64,000 nucleotides of DNA, taken from assembly GCA_951406725.2 (NCBI GenBank), contig OX597824.1:75764001-75828000 (forward strand), given 5' to 3'. This DNA is from Octopus vulgaris (taxonomy: Eukaryota). The notes below the pieces were generated by a model that made no database searches, was not told the origin of the DNA, and worked only from the letters and a program-made list of their open reading frames with translations. Numbering within the stretch: the stretch's first letter is position 1; every line of letters starts with the position of its first letter. This document shows positions 12,060-25,190 of the stretch, piece by piece. Made by a program: the position numbers and the translations under genes.

Positions 12060-12990
12060 TTCCAGTTGAATGCGAGCAGCTTGCATCAATGAGTCTTTAT
12101 TTCTTCAAGTTTAGATTAATCAACCAAAGACAAAACTGAAAAAGATGGACGACTATGATCTTAGCAAAATCTCGAGAAAGGGTTTTAAAAATTATTTTGA
12201 AATTCTCCAGTATTTCAATACGTTTCAAGAGTTATTTGCATATCTGTTTCAAATAAGGTTAGACACGTTTTTGTGCAGCATTTTATTGTTCTTGAAAACT
12301 TAGTTTTGATAAAATTTTACTGAGCAGATGATTAGAGAAATTGCACCCAACGTCAGTCTTTTCCCATAGGAGATACATTAATTTAATTTCTGAATTCGTT
12401 TCAAGATTCACTTATTTATGATGCAAAATTCTTGCGGGCATTCACAGTACAGAACTACGTAGTTCGTCTAAGATACTACAGTGATTCACCAATTCTTTTT
12501 TGGAATAGTAAATTATATTTTCAATTTCTCTCAACACAAGTCTTATAAATGTTAAATAAAGTTCGTTAGTTCTATCTAAGTACATTGTATGCAATTCCCC
12601 TGCATAATACTTGTCACAACTAGAAAATACCATTTGCCAATGTAATTTTAATGTACCCCACTGGCGAAGAATTCTTTTTACACAGTTTATTTCCCACTAA
12701 CAATCTTGTGGCTGGAAGCGAAATCATTTTCAATGGTTCCTCGCCACCGTTCATTAATTTGTATATTTCCATACAGTGCCGAACTGTAAAACTAGTTGTA
12801 AGCTTCTCTTTATAGACATTCAACGTTTGAAGGTAATTCTTCAGCAACACTGGTGTATGCTAAATAGAGAGAATGGTAAATACAGTTTGAGAGAATCAAC
12901 TTTGAATTATTTAATTTCATTAAGATGTATAGAGAAATATTATCTCGGCAATAGTTTAAAGCTCAATTTGTTGCGACAGCAAAAAAACCC
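12060..12990 (-). pseudogene. Decayed hAT-superfamily transposase fragment
   Basis: Broken frames ELPSNVECL*REAYN*FYSS, YKLMNGGEEPLKMISLPATR (TRW-like) and CDKYYAGELHTMYLDRTNELYLTFIRLVLREIENI resemble hAT transposase cores. Confidence 0.55.
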
Positions 12991-13022
12991 TTCTTTTAGA
13001 TTTAATTCTCAAATATAAGGAA

Positions 13023-13380
13023 GAGGCGATCTGACAGAATTGTTAGCACGCCGGACAAAATGCTTAGCAACATTTCGTCCTTTCCTTCTGAGTTGAAATT
13101 CCATCAAGGTCGACTTTACCTTTCATCCTTTCGAGGTCGATAAAATAAATACCAGCTGAACACTGGGGTCGATGTAAATACTAGTTACCTCCTCTAAAAT
13201 GTCAGGCCTCGTGCAGAAAAGAATATTAATTCTGAAATCTAGGGCGGTGAGTTGGCAGAATCATTAGCATCCCGGACAAAATGTCCTCCGGTATGTCTTA
13301 TGAAGCTTTACTTTACCACCGGTTTCAACTTTGCCTTTCATCACTGCGGTATCAGTGAAGTAAAGTACTAGCCAAGGACT
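13023..13380 (+). mobile_element. Two older SINE family C copies
   Basis: aggcgatctgacagaattgttagcacgccgg and ggcggtgagttggcagaatcattagc heads, each with a Nin-like block. Confidence 0.7.
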
Positions 13381-13489
13381 CGTCGTCATGTATCGTACGC
13401 TTCTGCAGCGCGTTGATGGAACTACATCGAAAGAATTCTCGATTGAGCGTGAGCTCTCCCAGCGTTAATTCGTTCTGATTTTCTCATAT

Positions 13490-13800
13490 TGATTCGAAAC
13501 TGGTATGTAACTTGCACCGGAATGTTGAAACGCAAATCAAACCGAGAGAGAGTGGGATTTAGAACTCAAAGAGAGATAACTAAATATCGTAAAGCATGTC
13601 ATCTGACGATCCCAACTTTGTTAATACTGCCAATCTGTTATAGATATTTGACATAGGCGGAAAATTTCATATTTGGTTGTGGAAGTCTACATTTGCTGGA
13701 ATCGAGTATCCATACTTTGTTGGTACTTCATTATGTCGATTCCTGAATGAGAGGATTTAAAATTGGCCTCAGCGAGATTTCAACTCCAAATGTAAATGGC
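13490..13800 (+). repeat. Copy 2 of the ~330-bp local duplication
   Basis: Colinear with 10445-10778. Confidence 0.8.
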
Positions 13801-14109
13801 TCATTCACCTTTCAAGAGTTTTTGTTTTTAATCCTACTGGATGGATGTCCGGCCACCTTTCTCACAAGGGTAGCATGTGGAGGAACCAGCTTAGTCGCCG
13901 ACCACTCGATCATGGAAGAGGTAGTACTGGCTTACATGGTACTAGCAGCAGGTTTCACCAGCCTGTGAGGAGATCTCTGATTTGACTATCAGCCAAGGAC
14001 TGAGCTCGAATCAATCGACCAAATCCATCCTCTCTGAAATGCCGACCTTGTGCCTACATTTGAAGCAATTCTCGCATCACCCAACTGACTTCATGCAACA
14101 TACGCTTTA

Positions 14110-14515
14110 CTCTGTACTCTTTTACTTGTTCCAGTCATTTGACTGTGGCCATGCTGGAGCACCGCCTTTAGTCAAGCAAATCGACAGCAGGATTTATTCT
14201 TTGTAAGCCTAGTACTTATTCTATCGGTCTCTTTTGCCGAACCGCTAAGTTACGGGGACGTAAACACACCAGCATCGATTGTCAAGCGATGTTGGTGGGA
14301 CAAACACAGACACACAAACACATACACACACATACTTACATATATACATATATAAGATGGGCTTCTTTCAGTTTCCGTCTACCAAATCCATTCACAAGGC
14401 TTTGGTGGGCTCGAAGCTATAGTAGAAGACACTTACCCAAGGTGCCATGCTGTGGGACTAAACCCGGGACCATGTGGTTGGTAAGCAAGCCACTTACCAC
14501 ACAGCCACCCCTGCG
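14110..14515 (-). mobile_element. SINE family A, full length
   Basis: Reverse complement of 8341-8770. Confidence 0.9.
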
Positions 14516-14839
14516 ATATTTTTCTAGCACAGTTTAACCCTAAAAACTATGACACAATACTCTTTTATCGTTTATTGTTATATCTATCACAAGCACTTAG
14601 ATAATTTTCACACACAGTATCCGTTGATTAAAGACAGCGACGCTTTTTTCCCCTCAGGTTGCTCCCAGGTTGACTTTGTTTTTCATTCTTATGGTGTTGG
14701 TAAAATAAGTATCAGTTGAACACTTCGGTTGATGTAATCGACTAGCTCCTACCAAAATTTCAAGCTTTGTGCACACGTGAACACACCGGCATCGGTTGTC
14801 AAGCGATGGGTGGGGGGACAAACACAGACACACAAACAT

Positions 14840-14874
<35 letters not shown>

Positions 14875-15330
14875 CGACGGGCTTCTTTCAGCTTTCGTCT
14901 ACCAAATCCACTTAAAAGGCTTTGGCCGGCCCGAGGCTATAGTAGTAGAGACTGCCATACATTTTGTTCTATGAAGTTTTTAAAGTTAGCTGAAATTATT
15001 GAGGAAGTAATTTCTTTATTAATAAATTCCCCTAAATGATCACTCGATGCTACGAATACTTTATATGACATATATAAATATTACTAATTATAACGAAATA
15101 TATATAATAAAGAAATATATAAATACCACTAATTAGAATTCTGATTTTGCTAGCTAATTCTTTCAACATATTGGCAGGGACGTTGGGTAGAATATTCCGC
15201 GATATTTGTTCCACCTGTATTCGCTTTGATTTCAAATCCTACCGCGGTCGACTTCTTTTTTCTTTTTTTTCTTTTAGCATTCATTCTTTTGAAAGTGTAT
15301 TAAAAAAAAGCAAAGAAACGGTTTGACTGG

Positions 15331-15782
15331 ACTGTTAGAAATTCAAGCAAGATATCATGCGTTATTACACACATGTGAGTGAGAACACTTCGAGATATTT
15401 TTGGTATCTAACATATATCAGATACTGCGAGCGCTGCTTCTGATTGGTCAATCCATGGTGATGACCCGAGGTCACGGTGACAGCGTTGCTTCTGATTGGT
15501 CAATTCATGGTGATGACCCGAGGTCACGGTGACGGCACTACTTTTGTCATTCATAAGTTACAACTAAACGTGAAGAATTTAGTTATTGGGTTAATAAAAT
15601 ATGGTCGTTTATTCGTGTGTAATAAATAAAATACCAAACTCATTCCCTATGGATACCGTATTTATTACAACTCGTGGCTTGTAAACGTATCTAACTCGCT
15701 TTCGCTCGTTAGATACGTTTACAAGCCACTCGTTGTAATAAATACGGTATCCATAGGGAACTCGTTTGGTATTCTCTCTATA
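15331..15782. mobile_element. Palindromic non-autonomous element, possibly Crypton-like
   Basis: 52-bp tandem pair at 15430-15533, each unit containing ctgattggtcaa; ~65-bp-arm hairpin at 15631-15772 centred on aactcgctttcgctcgtt. Confidence 0.55.
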
Positions 15783-16020
15783 TCCATTTCCGTTCTTTAA
15801 CATTAAAGTTCTAACAGCAACGCCTGCGACGACGACACTGGTACCGTAGTTTATCGATCAAACCATTGACCTTTCCCTTGGATAAACATTGGTGTTGCAA
15901 CCAGAGCAAACTTGTATATGCCATCGACAACTGCAAGTCATCCTCAAAAGAAATCTTGGCCAGTTATGCGCATACATGAACAAATGCATAATCAGCATCG
16001 ACCGATGGGGATTCTATATG

Positions 16021-16391
16021 TGGAAGCACTCCGTCGGTTACGATGACGAGGGTTCCGGTTGATCCGATCAACGGAACAGCCTGCTCGTGAAATTAACGTG
16101 CAAGTGGCTGAGCACTCCACAGACACGTGTACCCTTAACGTAGTTCTCGGGGATATTCAGCGTGACACAGAGAGTGACAAGGCCGGCCCTTTGAAATACA
16201 GGTATAACAGAAACAGGAAGTAAGAGTGAGAGAAAGTTGTGGTGAAAGAGTACAGCAGGGATCACCACCATCCCCTGCCGGAGCCTCGTGGAGCTTTAGG
16301 TGTTTTCGCTCAATAAACACTCACAACGTCCGGTCTGGGAAACGAAACCGCGAGTCCGCTGCCCTAACCACTGGGCCATTGCACCTCCGCC
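16021..16391 (-). mobile_element. SINE family B, full length, with TSD
   Basis: Near-identical reverse complement of 34403-34785; flanked by gggattctatat direct repeats. Confidence 0.9.
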
Positions 16392-16569
16392 TGGGATTCT
16401 ATATACTTTGCGACTAAAATAAAAACTACTTTAATGGTTTTTAATACATCTAATAGTTTGTTGCCAATTCCGAATTTATAATATAGCACTATTGTTACAT
16501 GTATAACTGAAGAAACATACTTTCTGTGTGCATACGATTTGGTTTTGTGAGCTGGTATTTCAACGTGTA

Positions 16570-16801
16570 AAGGCGGTGAGCTGGCAGAAACGTTAGCACG
16601 CTGGGCGAAACGCTTTGCGGTATTTCGTCCGCCGCTGCGTTCTGAGTTCAAATTCCGCCGAGGTTGACTTTACCTTTCATCCTTTCGGGGTCGATAAATT
16701 AAGTACCAGCTGCGCACTGGGGTCGATGTAATCGACTTAATACCTATGTCTGTCCTTGTTTGTCCCCTCTGTGTTTAGCCCCTTGTGGGTAATAAAGAAA
16801 T
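16570..16801 (+). mobile_element. SINE family C monomer with TSD
   Basis: Flanked by ggtatttcaacgt direct repeats. Confidence 0.9.
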
Positions 16802-16839
16802 GGGTATTTCAACGTCACACACTTTACACATTATTTAAA

Positions 16840-16990
16840 TATTTCACTCCCCGTCAAGCACAAGCCTTCAAAAGCTTGTCTCCATTCTTCTCGATTATCG
16901 ACTGTCTTTTTTTGCTTCTTTCCAGTTAGATTCCTGCTTCTTGTGGCTTCCTTTTGGATCTTTCTACCCCACGTCATACGTTTCCCTAAG
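16840..16990 (-). mobile_element. RTE-like LINE extreme 3' end
   Basis: MTWGRKIQKE...TVDNREEWRQAFEGLCLTGSE resembles RTE ORF C-termini. Confidence 0.5.
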
Positions 16991-17212
16991 GGAAGACTCC
17001 CTTTTCCTAGTCCCTGTTTGTTATGATTTGTCATCGATTCTTCTATAATTTTGATTTTTTTTTCTAGGTAGGTTTTGCTGAACCTAAACAAATCCATTTT
17101 ACCTCAAGGAAGAGGTGATAGAGGTAGCCTCTGTCCTTTGAAATTTCCAGCGTGAGAGGCTATACCAGGAGCATGTACTCCATTAGCATAACTCTCAGGC
17201 ACACAAGCCATC

Positions 17213-17460
17213 GTGGAGGTGCGTGGCTAAGTGGTTAGGGTGCTGGATTCATAATCGTAAGATTGTCGTTTCGATTCCTGGACCGGGTGATGTGTTGTGT
17301 TCTTGAGCAAAACACTTCATTTCATGTTGCTCCAGTCTACTCAGCTGCCAAAAATGAGTAATCCTGCGCCGGATAGGCGTCCCGTTCAGGTAGGAAATTT
17401 ATACGCCACTGAAACCGGGAAAGCGGCCCTTATGAGCCTGGCATGGCTTGAGAAGGAAAC
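17213..17460 (+). mobile_element. tRNA-derived SINE with Meta/V-like body and tail T2
   Basis: ggaggtgcgtggctaagtggttagggtgc head; tail ggcgtcccgt...gaaaccggg...atgagcctggc. Confidence 0.75.
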
Positions 17461-17499
17461 ATTTCTTTTTTTTTATATATTTTCACAAGCCAGCACAAC

Positions 17500-18146
17500 G
17501 CACCAAGAATTCGATCTTGAGATAGTTTACACCTTACTACAACTATGTTGTATTTCTCTCTTCCAATTCAAAACGTTAGTGATTAGCCAAAAAATATCAT
17601 TAATATATCTGTTTAATAAGTTACAGTTTAAATAAAGCTGCAGATTTCTAATAATAATAAAATAGTGTTCTGCATGATTACCACCCACGAGAAATTGTAT
17701 GAACTTCGTATTAATTTCAAATTAATATTTCTAATCCCGGCTCATATTATTGTATTAACGGGCCCACGTAGTAGTAAAGTGATCTTTTAATCACAAATCC
17801 ATGCCTGCACCTGATTTCTCATTATTTCCTGATACTAATTGATCTAGTAAGCATTTTCTCCATTTATGAATTTTTAAAAACCCTTTTGAAGCAATTCTAA
17901 AAAACAATTCATATCTTTTTGTTTGTTTCGAAATCTGGGGTAATTTCATTTTCCTTGAATAGTTTTGGGGCAACACCTAAAACAAATTCCATGATTCTTG
18001 ATACAGAGGTTCCTTTGGCACATAATCTACCAAAATCTTTCAAGTGAAATAATTAATACGACCTGAAAGACTAATGATTTTCCTTGCTTTTGTTTTCATA
18101 ATTTCTGTGATTCTTTTCGTAATTTCTCCTCTCATTAACTTGTTAA

Positions 18147-18150
<4 letters not shown>
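17500..18150 (-). pseudogene. Highly decayed Penelope-like reverse transcriptase remnant
   Basis: Minus strand near 17610 reads NRYINDIFLA (RYIDD-like); otherwise heavily disrupted. Confidence 0.4.
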
Positions 18151-18209
<59 letters not shown>

Positions 18210-18388
18210 AGTGGGTCTTAAATGATGCTCTAAACGGGCGTATTTATATTCCATTTAAAAAAAGAACAGGGTACGGTCCAAAATAATTGGTCCATAAGAG
18301 AGAGTTCCGGAAGTGTTAGAGATATGAGTTCTAAGAAGAGAATATAGAATTCCACACCCTTATTCTTTATGTAAAATAACAACAGGGC

Positions 18389-18431
<43 letters not shown>

Positions 18432-18574
18432 AACCAAAGGCCATGCGCAGTACAAAGTATTAGATTCCACACAAACTGAACTTGTTTGACTCTTCTATAT
18501 CAATATTTGTTTGGTTAAATTAAAATCTATTTATTGTTTTCTAGAATCTCCCACCATCCCACAATATTTTAATC

Positions 18575-18785
18575 TTTTCTCTCTTCAATTGTTTCAGTCA
18601 TTTGACTGTGGCCATGCTGGAGCACCGCCTTTAGTCGACCAAATCGACCCCAGGACTTATTCTTTGTGAGCCTAGTACTTATTCTATCGGTCTCTAATGC
18701 CGAACCGCTAAGTTACGGGGACGTAAACACACCAACATCGGCTGTCAAACGATGTTGGGGGGACAAACACAGACACACAGACACA

Positions 18786-18830
<45 letters not shown>
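18575..18830 (-). mobile_element. SINE family A, 3' half
   Basis: Nearly identical to 20762-21000, including the tail-side flank. Confidence 0.85.
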
Positions 18831-18835
<5 letters not shown>

Positions 18836-18934
18836 CCCGTAGTCGCTGTAGTTGTCGTCATCACCATCAGTTCTAGGTTCACATTTCCCATGATGACATG
18901 GTGTTAGTTAACCTCGCTATACAACTTCTCTTTC

Positions 18935-19259
18935 TTTGTTTTTTTTTTTTCTTTTCTCGCCCTTTTCAAGCCTAGCTAGGCTCATGGGCCTGGTTTCCCG
19001 GCTTCTGAGGTGTATGTGTTCTCCCCAGCTGGACGGGACGCCAGTCCATCGCAGCGTTACCCAAGAAACAGGAAGAAAGAATGAGAGAAAGTTGGGGCGA
19101 AAGAGTACAACAGAGGTCGTCACCACCCCCTGCCGGAGTTTCGTGGAGCTTTAGGTGTTTTCGCTCAATAAACACACACAACGCCTGGTCTGGGAATCGA
19201 AAACGCGATCCCCCGACCGCGAGTCCGCTGCCCTAACCACTGAGCCATTGCACCTCCAC
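18935..19259 (-). mobile_element. SINE family B with tail T2 and TSD
   Basis: Flanked by tacaacttctct direct repeats. Confidence 0.85.
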
Positions 19260-19688
19260 TACAACTTCTCTTAGTTTAACATTATTTTTCTAGCCTAAAT
19301 AATAGCCAGAATGGCAAACTAACCGAGTCATTTGAGCATCGGATAAGAATGCTTTGTAGTATTTGTATCAACTTGATTCAATCTTTAATTTAGAACACGT
19401 TCAAAACAGGAAGTCTGTACCATAAAATCAAGAATGGTCTCAGGCGGTTTGATATCAAAAGAGCAAGTATGTTTAATAACTATTATATTTAATAACTTAT
19501 GACTTCAAAACAACGCGTGTTTAATATTAAGTATGCTTAATAGCAAATATACTTAGGATCAAGGAAGCTTGGTAACGAATGTCTGTTTAATACTGTTTAA
19601 TGCCTGTTTAATATTGAGTAAATTTAATGCCAGAAGCGTATTTAACAACACGTGTAATAAATATCGAATGTATCTAATATCTGATACC

Positions 19689-20287
19689 TATTTCTTTACT
19701 ACCCACAAGGGGCTAAACACAGAGGGGACAAACAAGGACAGACATAGGTATTAAGTCGATTACATCGAACCAGTGCGTAACTGGTACTTAATTTATCGAC
19801 CCCGAAAAGATGAAAGACAAAGTCGACCTCGGCGGAATTTGAACTCACAACGTAACGCAGACGAAATACCTATTTCTTTATTACCCACAAGGGGCTAAAC
19901 ACAGAGAGAACAAACAAGGACAGACGTAGGTATTAAGTCGATTACATCGACCCCAGTGCGTAACTGCTACTTAATTTATCGACCCCGAAAAGATGAAAGG
20001 CAAAGTCGACCTCGGCGGAATTTGAACTCAGAACGTAACGCAGACGAAATACCTATTTCTTTATTACCCACAAGGGGCTAAACACAGAGGGGACAAACAA
20101 GGACAGACATAGGTATTAAGTCGATTACATCGACACCAGTGCGTAACTGGTACTTGATTTATCGACCCCGAAAGGATGAAAGGCAAAGTCGACCTCGGCG
20201 GAATTTGAACTCACAACGTAACGCAGACGAAATACCGCTAGGCATTTCGCCCGGCGTGCTAACGTTTCTGCCAGCTCGCCGCCTTTA
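19689..20287 (-). mobile_element. SINE family C head-to-tail trimer
   Basis: Three ~183-bp units with a single head at the right end; TSD atatctgatacc around the whole array. Confidence 0.9.
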
Positions 20288-20496
20288 TATCTGATACCGT
20301 GTTCTAATATCTGATACCGTGTTCAGTTCCACGCGTGTGTTTAATACAAAGTCCTGAACCGCACGTCACTGCAATTCGGTTATTGTTGGTTGGGGCCGTC
20401 AAAACAGGAACTAAGCAGAGAGATATTTCAGTGTCCACCAGCGTTATGCGTGATACTGGGATTTACCTATTCTTACTGAAGTATATTGATCACGTG

Positions 20497-20675
20497 TGGA
20501 GGCGCAATGGCCCAGTGGATAGGGCAGCGGACTCGCGGTCATAGGATCGCGGTTTCGATTCCCAGACCGGGCGTTGTGAGTGTTTATTGAGCGAAAACAC
20601 CTAAAAGCTCCACGAGGCTCCGGCAGGGGATGGTGGTGATCCCTGCTGTACTCTTTCGCCACAACTTTCTCTCAC
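20497..20675 (+). mobile_element. SINE family B, 5' half
   Basis: Head nearly identical to 34403. Confidence 0.85.
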
Positions 20676-20774
20676 GTATTTGATCATTAAATCTATGATT
20701 TCGTTATTGATATGGCTCTCACGTAACCTTTGAACTAAAAAAACATAGCCCGTTGAGTATTTTCAATATTTTAA

Positions 20775-21331
<557 letters not shown>

Positions 21332-21721
21332 ATTTTCGCGATTCTCTTTTTTTTCTTTTTGTGTCTCAGTGAGCGATGATACTGCAAAACGTACGCTTCA
21401 GAAGGGCAACGACACCTTCGTTAAATCATTGGAGGAGATTTTTGGAATGCTTTTTTTCTGAAGGGAGTTGTGCAAATTTCCTGTTACAGAGATTATTGGA
21501 GTACAAGCTCAGTTCTAAGATAAGAAAGTGATGCCTAGGAATCGATATCTTGAAGACATATGTGAAAACACCTAGTAGAAATCAACTTATCCGTATTCAA
21601 CCAGCATAGACAGGTGACAGTGACATGACAACAGATAAAAATCAGAAAGAACAAGTAAAAACTACCTTCACAATATGCCACCAGCAATCATTACACGTCG
21701 TATCAGCAAGTTTTGGCGAAA

Positions 21722-22116
21722 TCTCTCTATATATAAAGTTGAAGTTTTCTGTGTATGGCAGGTTTGGTAGCCTTCAACTAACACTATCTCCTCCGAGACC
21801 CTGCGGCGCAAGTTGATCAAACTTGAGAGCACGATAGAAGAAGGCTTGCTCTTCATTCCGTAGAAGAAAAAATTCAAATCGGACAATCTTAACACCAAAA
21901 ATGATTTACATAAAAATGGTGCTTTTTTTTTCAATGAAAATCCCTATTTTTTACGATTTTTTGACTGCTGTGTCGCCATTTTTTGGTGTATTTCAACCAG
22001 AAAAATGTTCATTTAAAGAGAATAACAAGCTACATAATGCAAAATTTTTACTTTTCAAAAAACTCCAATTCTAAAGGGTCGAAACAAACCCGAGCAACGC
22101 CGGGCGATACTACTAG
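21722..22116 (+). mobile_element. Non-autonomous Helitron, body type 2
   Basis: a|TC...cccgagcaacgccgggcgatactaCTAG|t; homologous to 29576-29971 and 23016-23437. Confidence 0.85.
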
Positions 22117-22362
22117 TTCATGCAATAGTTATATTTTTATGATTTTTTTTATCATACTTGACTAACTGATTTTTAACAGGTTGAGAGACATTTATTGAGC
22201 GAGCTGCGACATATGTGCTTAATATCAAAATATGTTTGATAGCGTGTTTAAAACTAGATGTATGGTTAGCAGCAAGTATGGGCTTAATAAATGTTTAAGC
22301 TCATGCATTCCTCTTGTATTTTCAAAGAATTATTTTTCCTAAAGGCGACTATTCTGATGCAA

Positions 22363-22750
22363 TAGGCGAAGGAGTGGCCGTGTGGTAAGTAGCTTGCTTA
22401 CCAACCGCATGGTTCCGGGTTCAGTTCCACTAAGTGGAACCTTGTGTCTTCTGCTATAGCCTCGGGTCGACCAAAGCCTTGTGAGTGGATTTGGTAGACG
22501 GAAACTGAAAGAATCCCGTCGTATATATGTATATGTTTGTGTGTCTGTGTTTGTTCCCCCAACATTGCTTGGCAACCGATGTTGGTGTGTTTACGTCCCC
22601 GTCACTTAGCGGTTCGGCAAAAGAGACCGATAGAATAAGTACTAGGCTTACAAAGAATAAGTCCTGGGGTCTATTTGCTCGACTAACGACGGTGCTCCAG
22701 CATGGCCGTAGTCAAATGACTGAATCAAATAAATGAGTAAAGAGTAAAGA
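22363..22750 (+). mobile_element. SINE family A, full length
   Basis: Matches family consensus. Confidence 0.9.
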
Positions 22751-22759
22751 ATTAATTAA

Positions 22760-22990
22760 CCCCTTGCCGGTCCAAAGGACTTTCATAAGTCTGTCCTAAA
22801 CATCCATGTTTATTTTTCGACTTTTCATTAACCCTTGTTTCATACGTTGTGAGTAATATAAAGCTTTTCTCCATACGTCTCAAGTTACTCTGGTGGCTGA
22901 AAAAAAATTTGAAATGTGTATCATATAAGATGCATAGACGACAACGTAATATGTTCTGTGTTTCACGTGATATACAAAACAGGCAAGAGG
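22760..22990. mobile_element. piggyBac-type MITE
   Basis: TTAA on both sides; 12-bp imperfect TIRs ccccttgccggt / acaggcaagagg. Confidence 0.7.
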
Positions 22991-23015
22991 TTAAGAAATC
23001 CATTTTATTATCTCA

Positions 23016-23437
23016 CAAGCAGTATTGCCCGGTGTTGCTCGGATTTGTTTCGACCATTTAGAATTGGAATTTTTGCATTATGTAGCTTATTATTCTCTTT
23101 AAATGAACATTTTTCTGGTTGAAATACACCGAAAAATGGCAACACAGCAGTAAAAAAAAATCGTAAAAAATAGGGATTTTCATAGAAAAAAAAGCACCTT
23201 TTTGATGTAAATAATTTTTGGTGTTAACATGGTCCGATTTGAATTTTTTCTTCTACGGAAGGAAGAGTAAGCCCTCTTCTATCATACTCTAAATTTTGGT
23301 CAACTTGCACCGCAGGGTCTTCTATCATACTTTCAATTTTGATCAACTTGCGCTGCGGGGTCTCGGAGGAGATAGTGTTAGTTGAAGGCTACCAAACCTG
23401 CCATACACAGACAACTTCAGCTTTATATAGAGAGAGA
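23016..23437 (-). mobile_element. Non-autonomous Helitron, body type 2, with a small internal tandem duplication
   Basis: Reverse complement of 21722-22116; tcttctatcatact...caacttgc...gggtct block present twice. Confidence 0.85.
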
Positions 23438-23599
23438 TTAAAACCCTGGGCCATTTGTGAGAGATATCAACACATGGTGCATGTAGAAATTAAACTAACG
23501 GTGATTTCAAATGATTCCCATTTATCTTTTCTGCTCATTGTCATATATCTTCTACTACAATATTTCTCTTTGTCTGTCGTAGTACATCGGATTTTCTAT

Positions 23600-24420
23600 T
23601 ATATCTTCGGTTGAAACATCTCTCTATCTCTGTGTAGATGTTGGTAGATATATTCTGTAAAATATTCCATCGTGATATCTCTATATTTGTATTAATACAA
23701 GTTTTCTGATGCTTCTTCTACTGCGACACCTCTCTCTATATATTAATACATATCACCTATTGTATTTTCTGTTGTAATATCTTTTTACAGCTGTGTTACT
23801 ACATGTTTTCTATTACTTAATTTGCTGCACTCTCTCCTCATATATTTTAGTATATGTCCATATTCTGTGGTATCACTTTATAACTGTGTTGGTACGTGGT
23901 CTTCTCATAAGTATTTCGCTGTTCTATATTTCACTGTAATACTTCTTTATATCAACGTTAGTACGTCCTTGTAGGTCCAGTAACGTCCTTCGTTACACGA
24001 GAGGTATAAGTAACAGAGAGAGATGAGTGACAGAGTGTTGAGTGATAGAGATGAATGGTGGAGAGATGAGTGATGAGTGATAGAGATATGAAAGTTCGAG
24101 TGATTAATGACAGGAAAAGTAATAGAGTGATAAGTAACGTACGAATGAATGAGTGACGACTGACAGAGAGATGAGTGACAGAATGAAGAGAGAGATGACT
24201 GATTGAAAGAAGATTTGATAAAGAAATGAATGATAGAGTTACTAGCGATAGAGAGATAAGTGATAAGGAGATAAATCTCTTCTGTAATATCTCTCCATAT
24301 CTGCGTTAATATACGTCTCGTGTTATGACTTAAACTATTATCTTTTTATATTAATGCTAATACACGTCTTCTGTCATAACTTACTAAATATATATCTATA
24401 CTAGTGGTCGTACACTTCTG
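23600..24420. repeat. Old degenerate minisatellite with an inner purine-rich GAGAGATGAGTGA-like tract (24010-24275)
   Basis: Recurring motif like ttctgtaatatctctccatatctgcgttaatacacg. Confidence 0.5.
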
Positions 24421-24430
24421 TCATAGATTA

Positions 24431-24810
24431 AAGGCGGCTAGCTGGCAGAATGGTTAGCACGCCGGGCGAAATGCTTTGCGGTATTTCGTTTGCCGTTACG
24501 TTCTGAGTTCAAATTCCGCCGAAGTCGACTTTGCCTTTCATCCTTTCGGGGTCGATTAAGTAAGTACCAGTTACGCACTGGGGTCGATATAATCGACTTG
24601 GTCCGTCTGTCTGTCCTTGTTTGTCCTCTCTGTGTTTAGCCCCTTGTGGGTAGTAAAGAAATAGGTATTTCGTCTGCCGCTACGTTCTGAGTTCAAATTC
24701 CGCCGAGGTCGACTATGCCTTTCATCCTTTCTGGAATCGATAAATTAAGTACTAGTTGCCTACTGGAGTCGATCTAATCGACTGGCACCCTCCCCCAAAA
24801 TTTCGGGCCT
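24431..24810 (+). mobile_element. SINE family C dimer
   Basis: Same aaagaaataggtatttcgtctg junction. Confidence 0.9.
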
Positions 24811-24839
24811 TCGTGTTTTAGTTAATACACATCATCTCT

Positions 24840-25190
24840 AAGGCGGCGAGCAGGCAGAAACGACCAAAGCCTTGTGAGTGGATTCGGAAGACGGACACTG
24901 AAAGAAGCCCGTCGTATATAGCATATATAAATATGTATTGGCGGGGGGGGGGGGATACATGTGTGTGCGCGCGCGCGCGTCATTGTTCCACACTACCACT
25001 TGACAACCAGTGTTGGCATGTTTACGTCCCCGTAACTTCGCGGTTCGGCAAAAGAGACCGATCGAATAAGTACCAGGCTGAAAAAACAATAAGTACTAGG
25101 ATAAATTCATTCGAGTAAAAATTCTTCAAGGCGGTGCCCCAGCGTGGCCGCCGTCTAATGACTGCAACACGAAAATGATAAAAGATTAAA
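24840..25190 (+). mobile_element. Chimeric SINE: short family C head fused to a family A body
   Basis: aaggcggcgagcaggcagaaacg runs directly into accaaagccttgtgagtgg. Confidence 0.65.

Noticed and set aside
23600-24000. Possible decayed C2H2 zinc-finger array
   Set aside because: No 84-bp period and no HTGEKP-type linker in any frame I could read.
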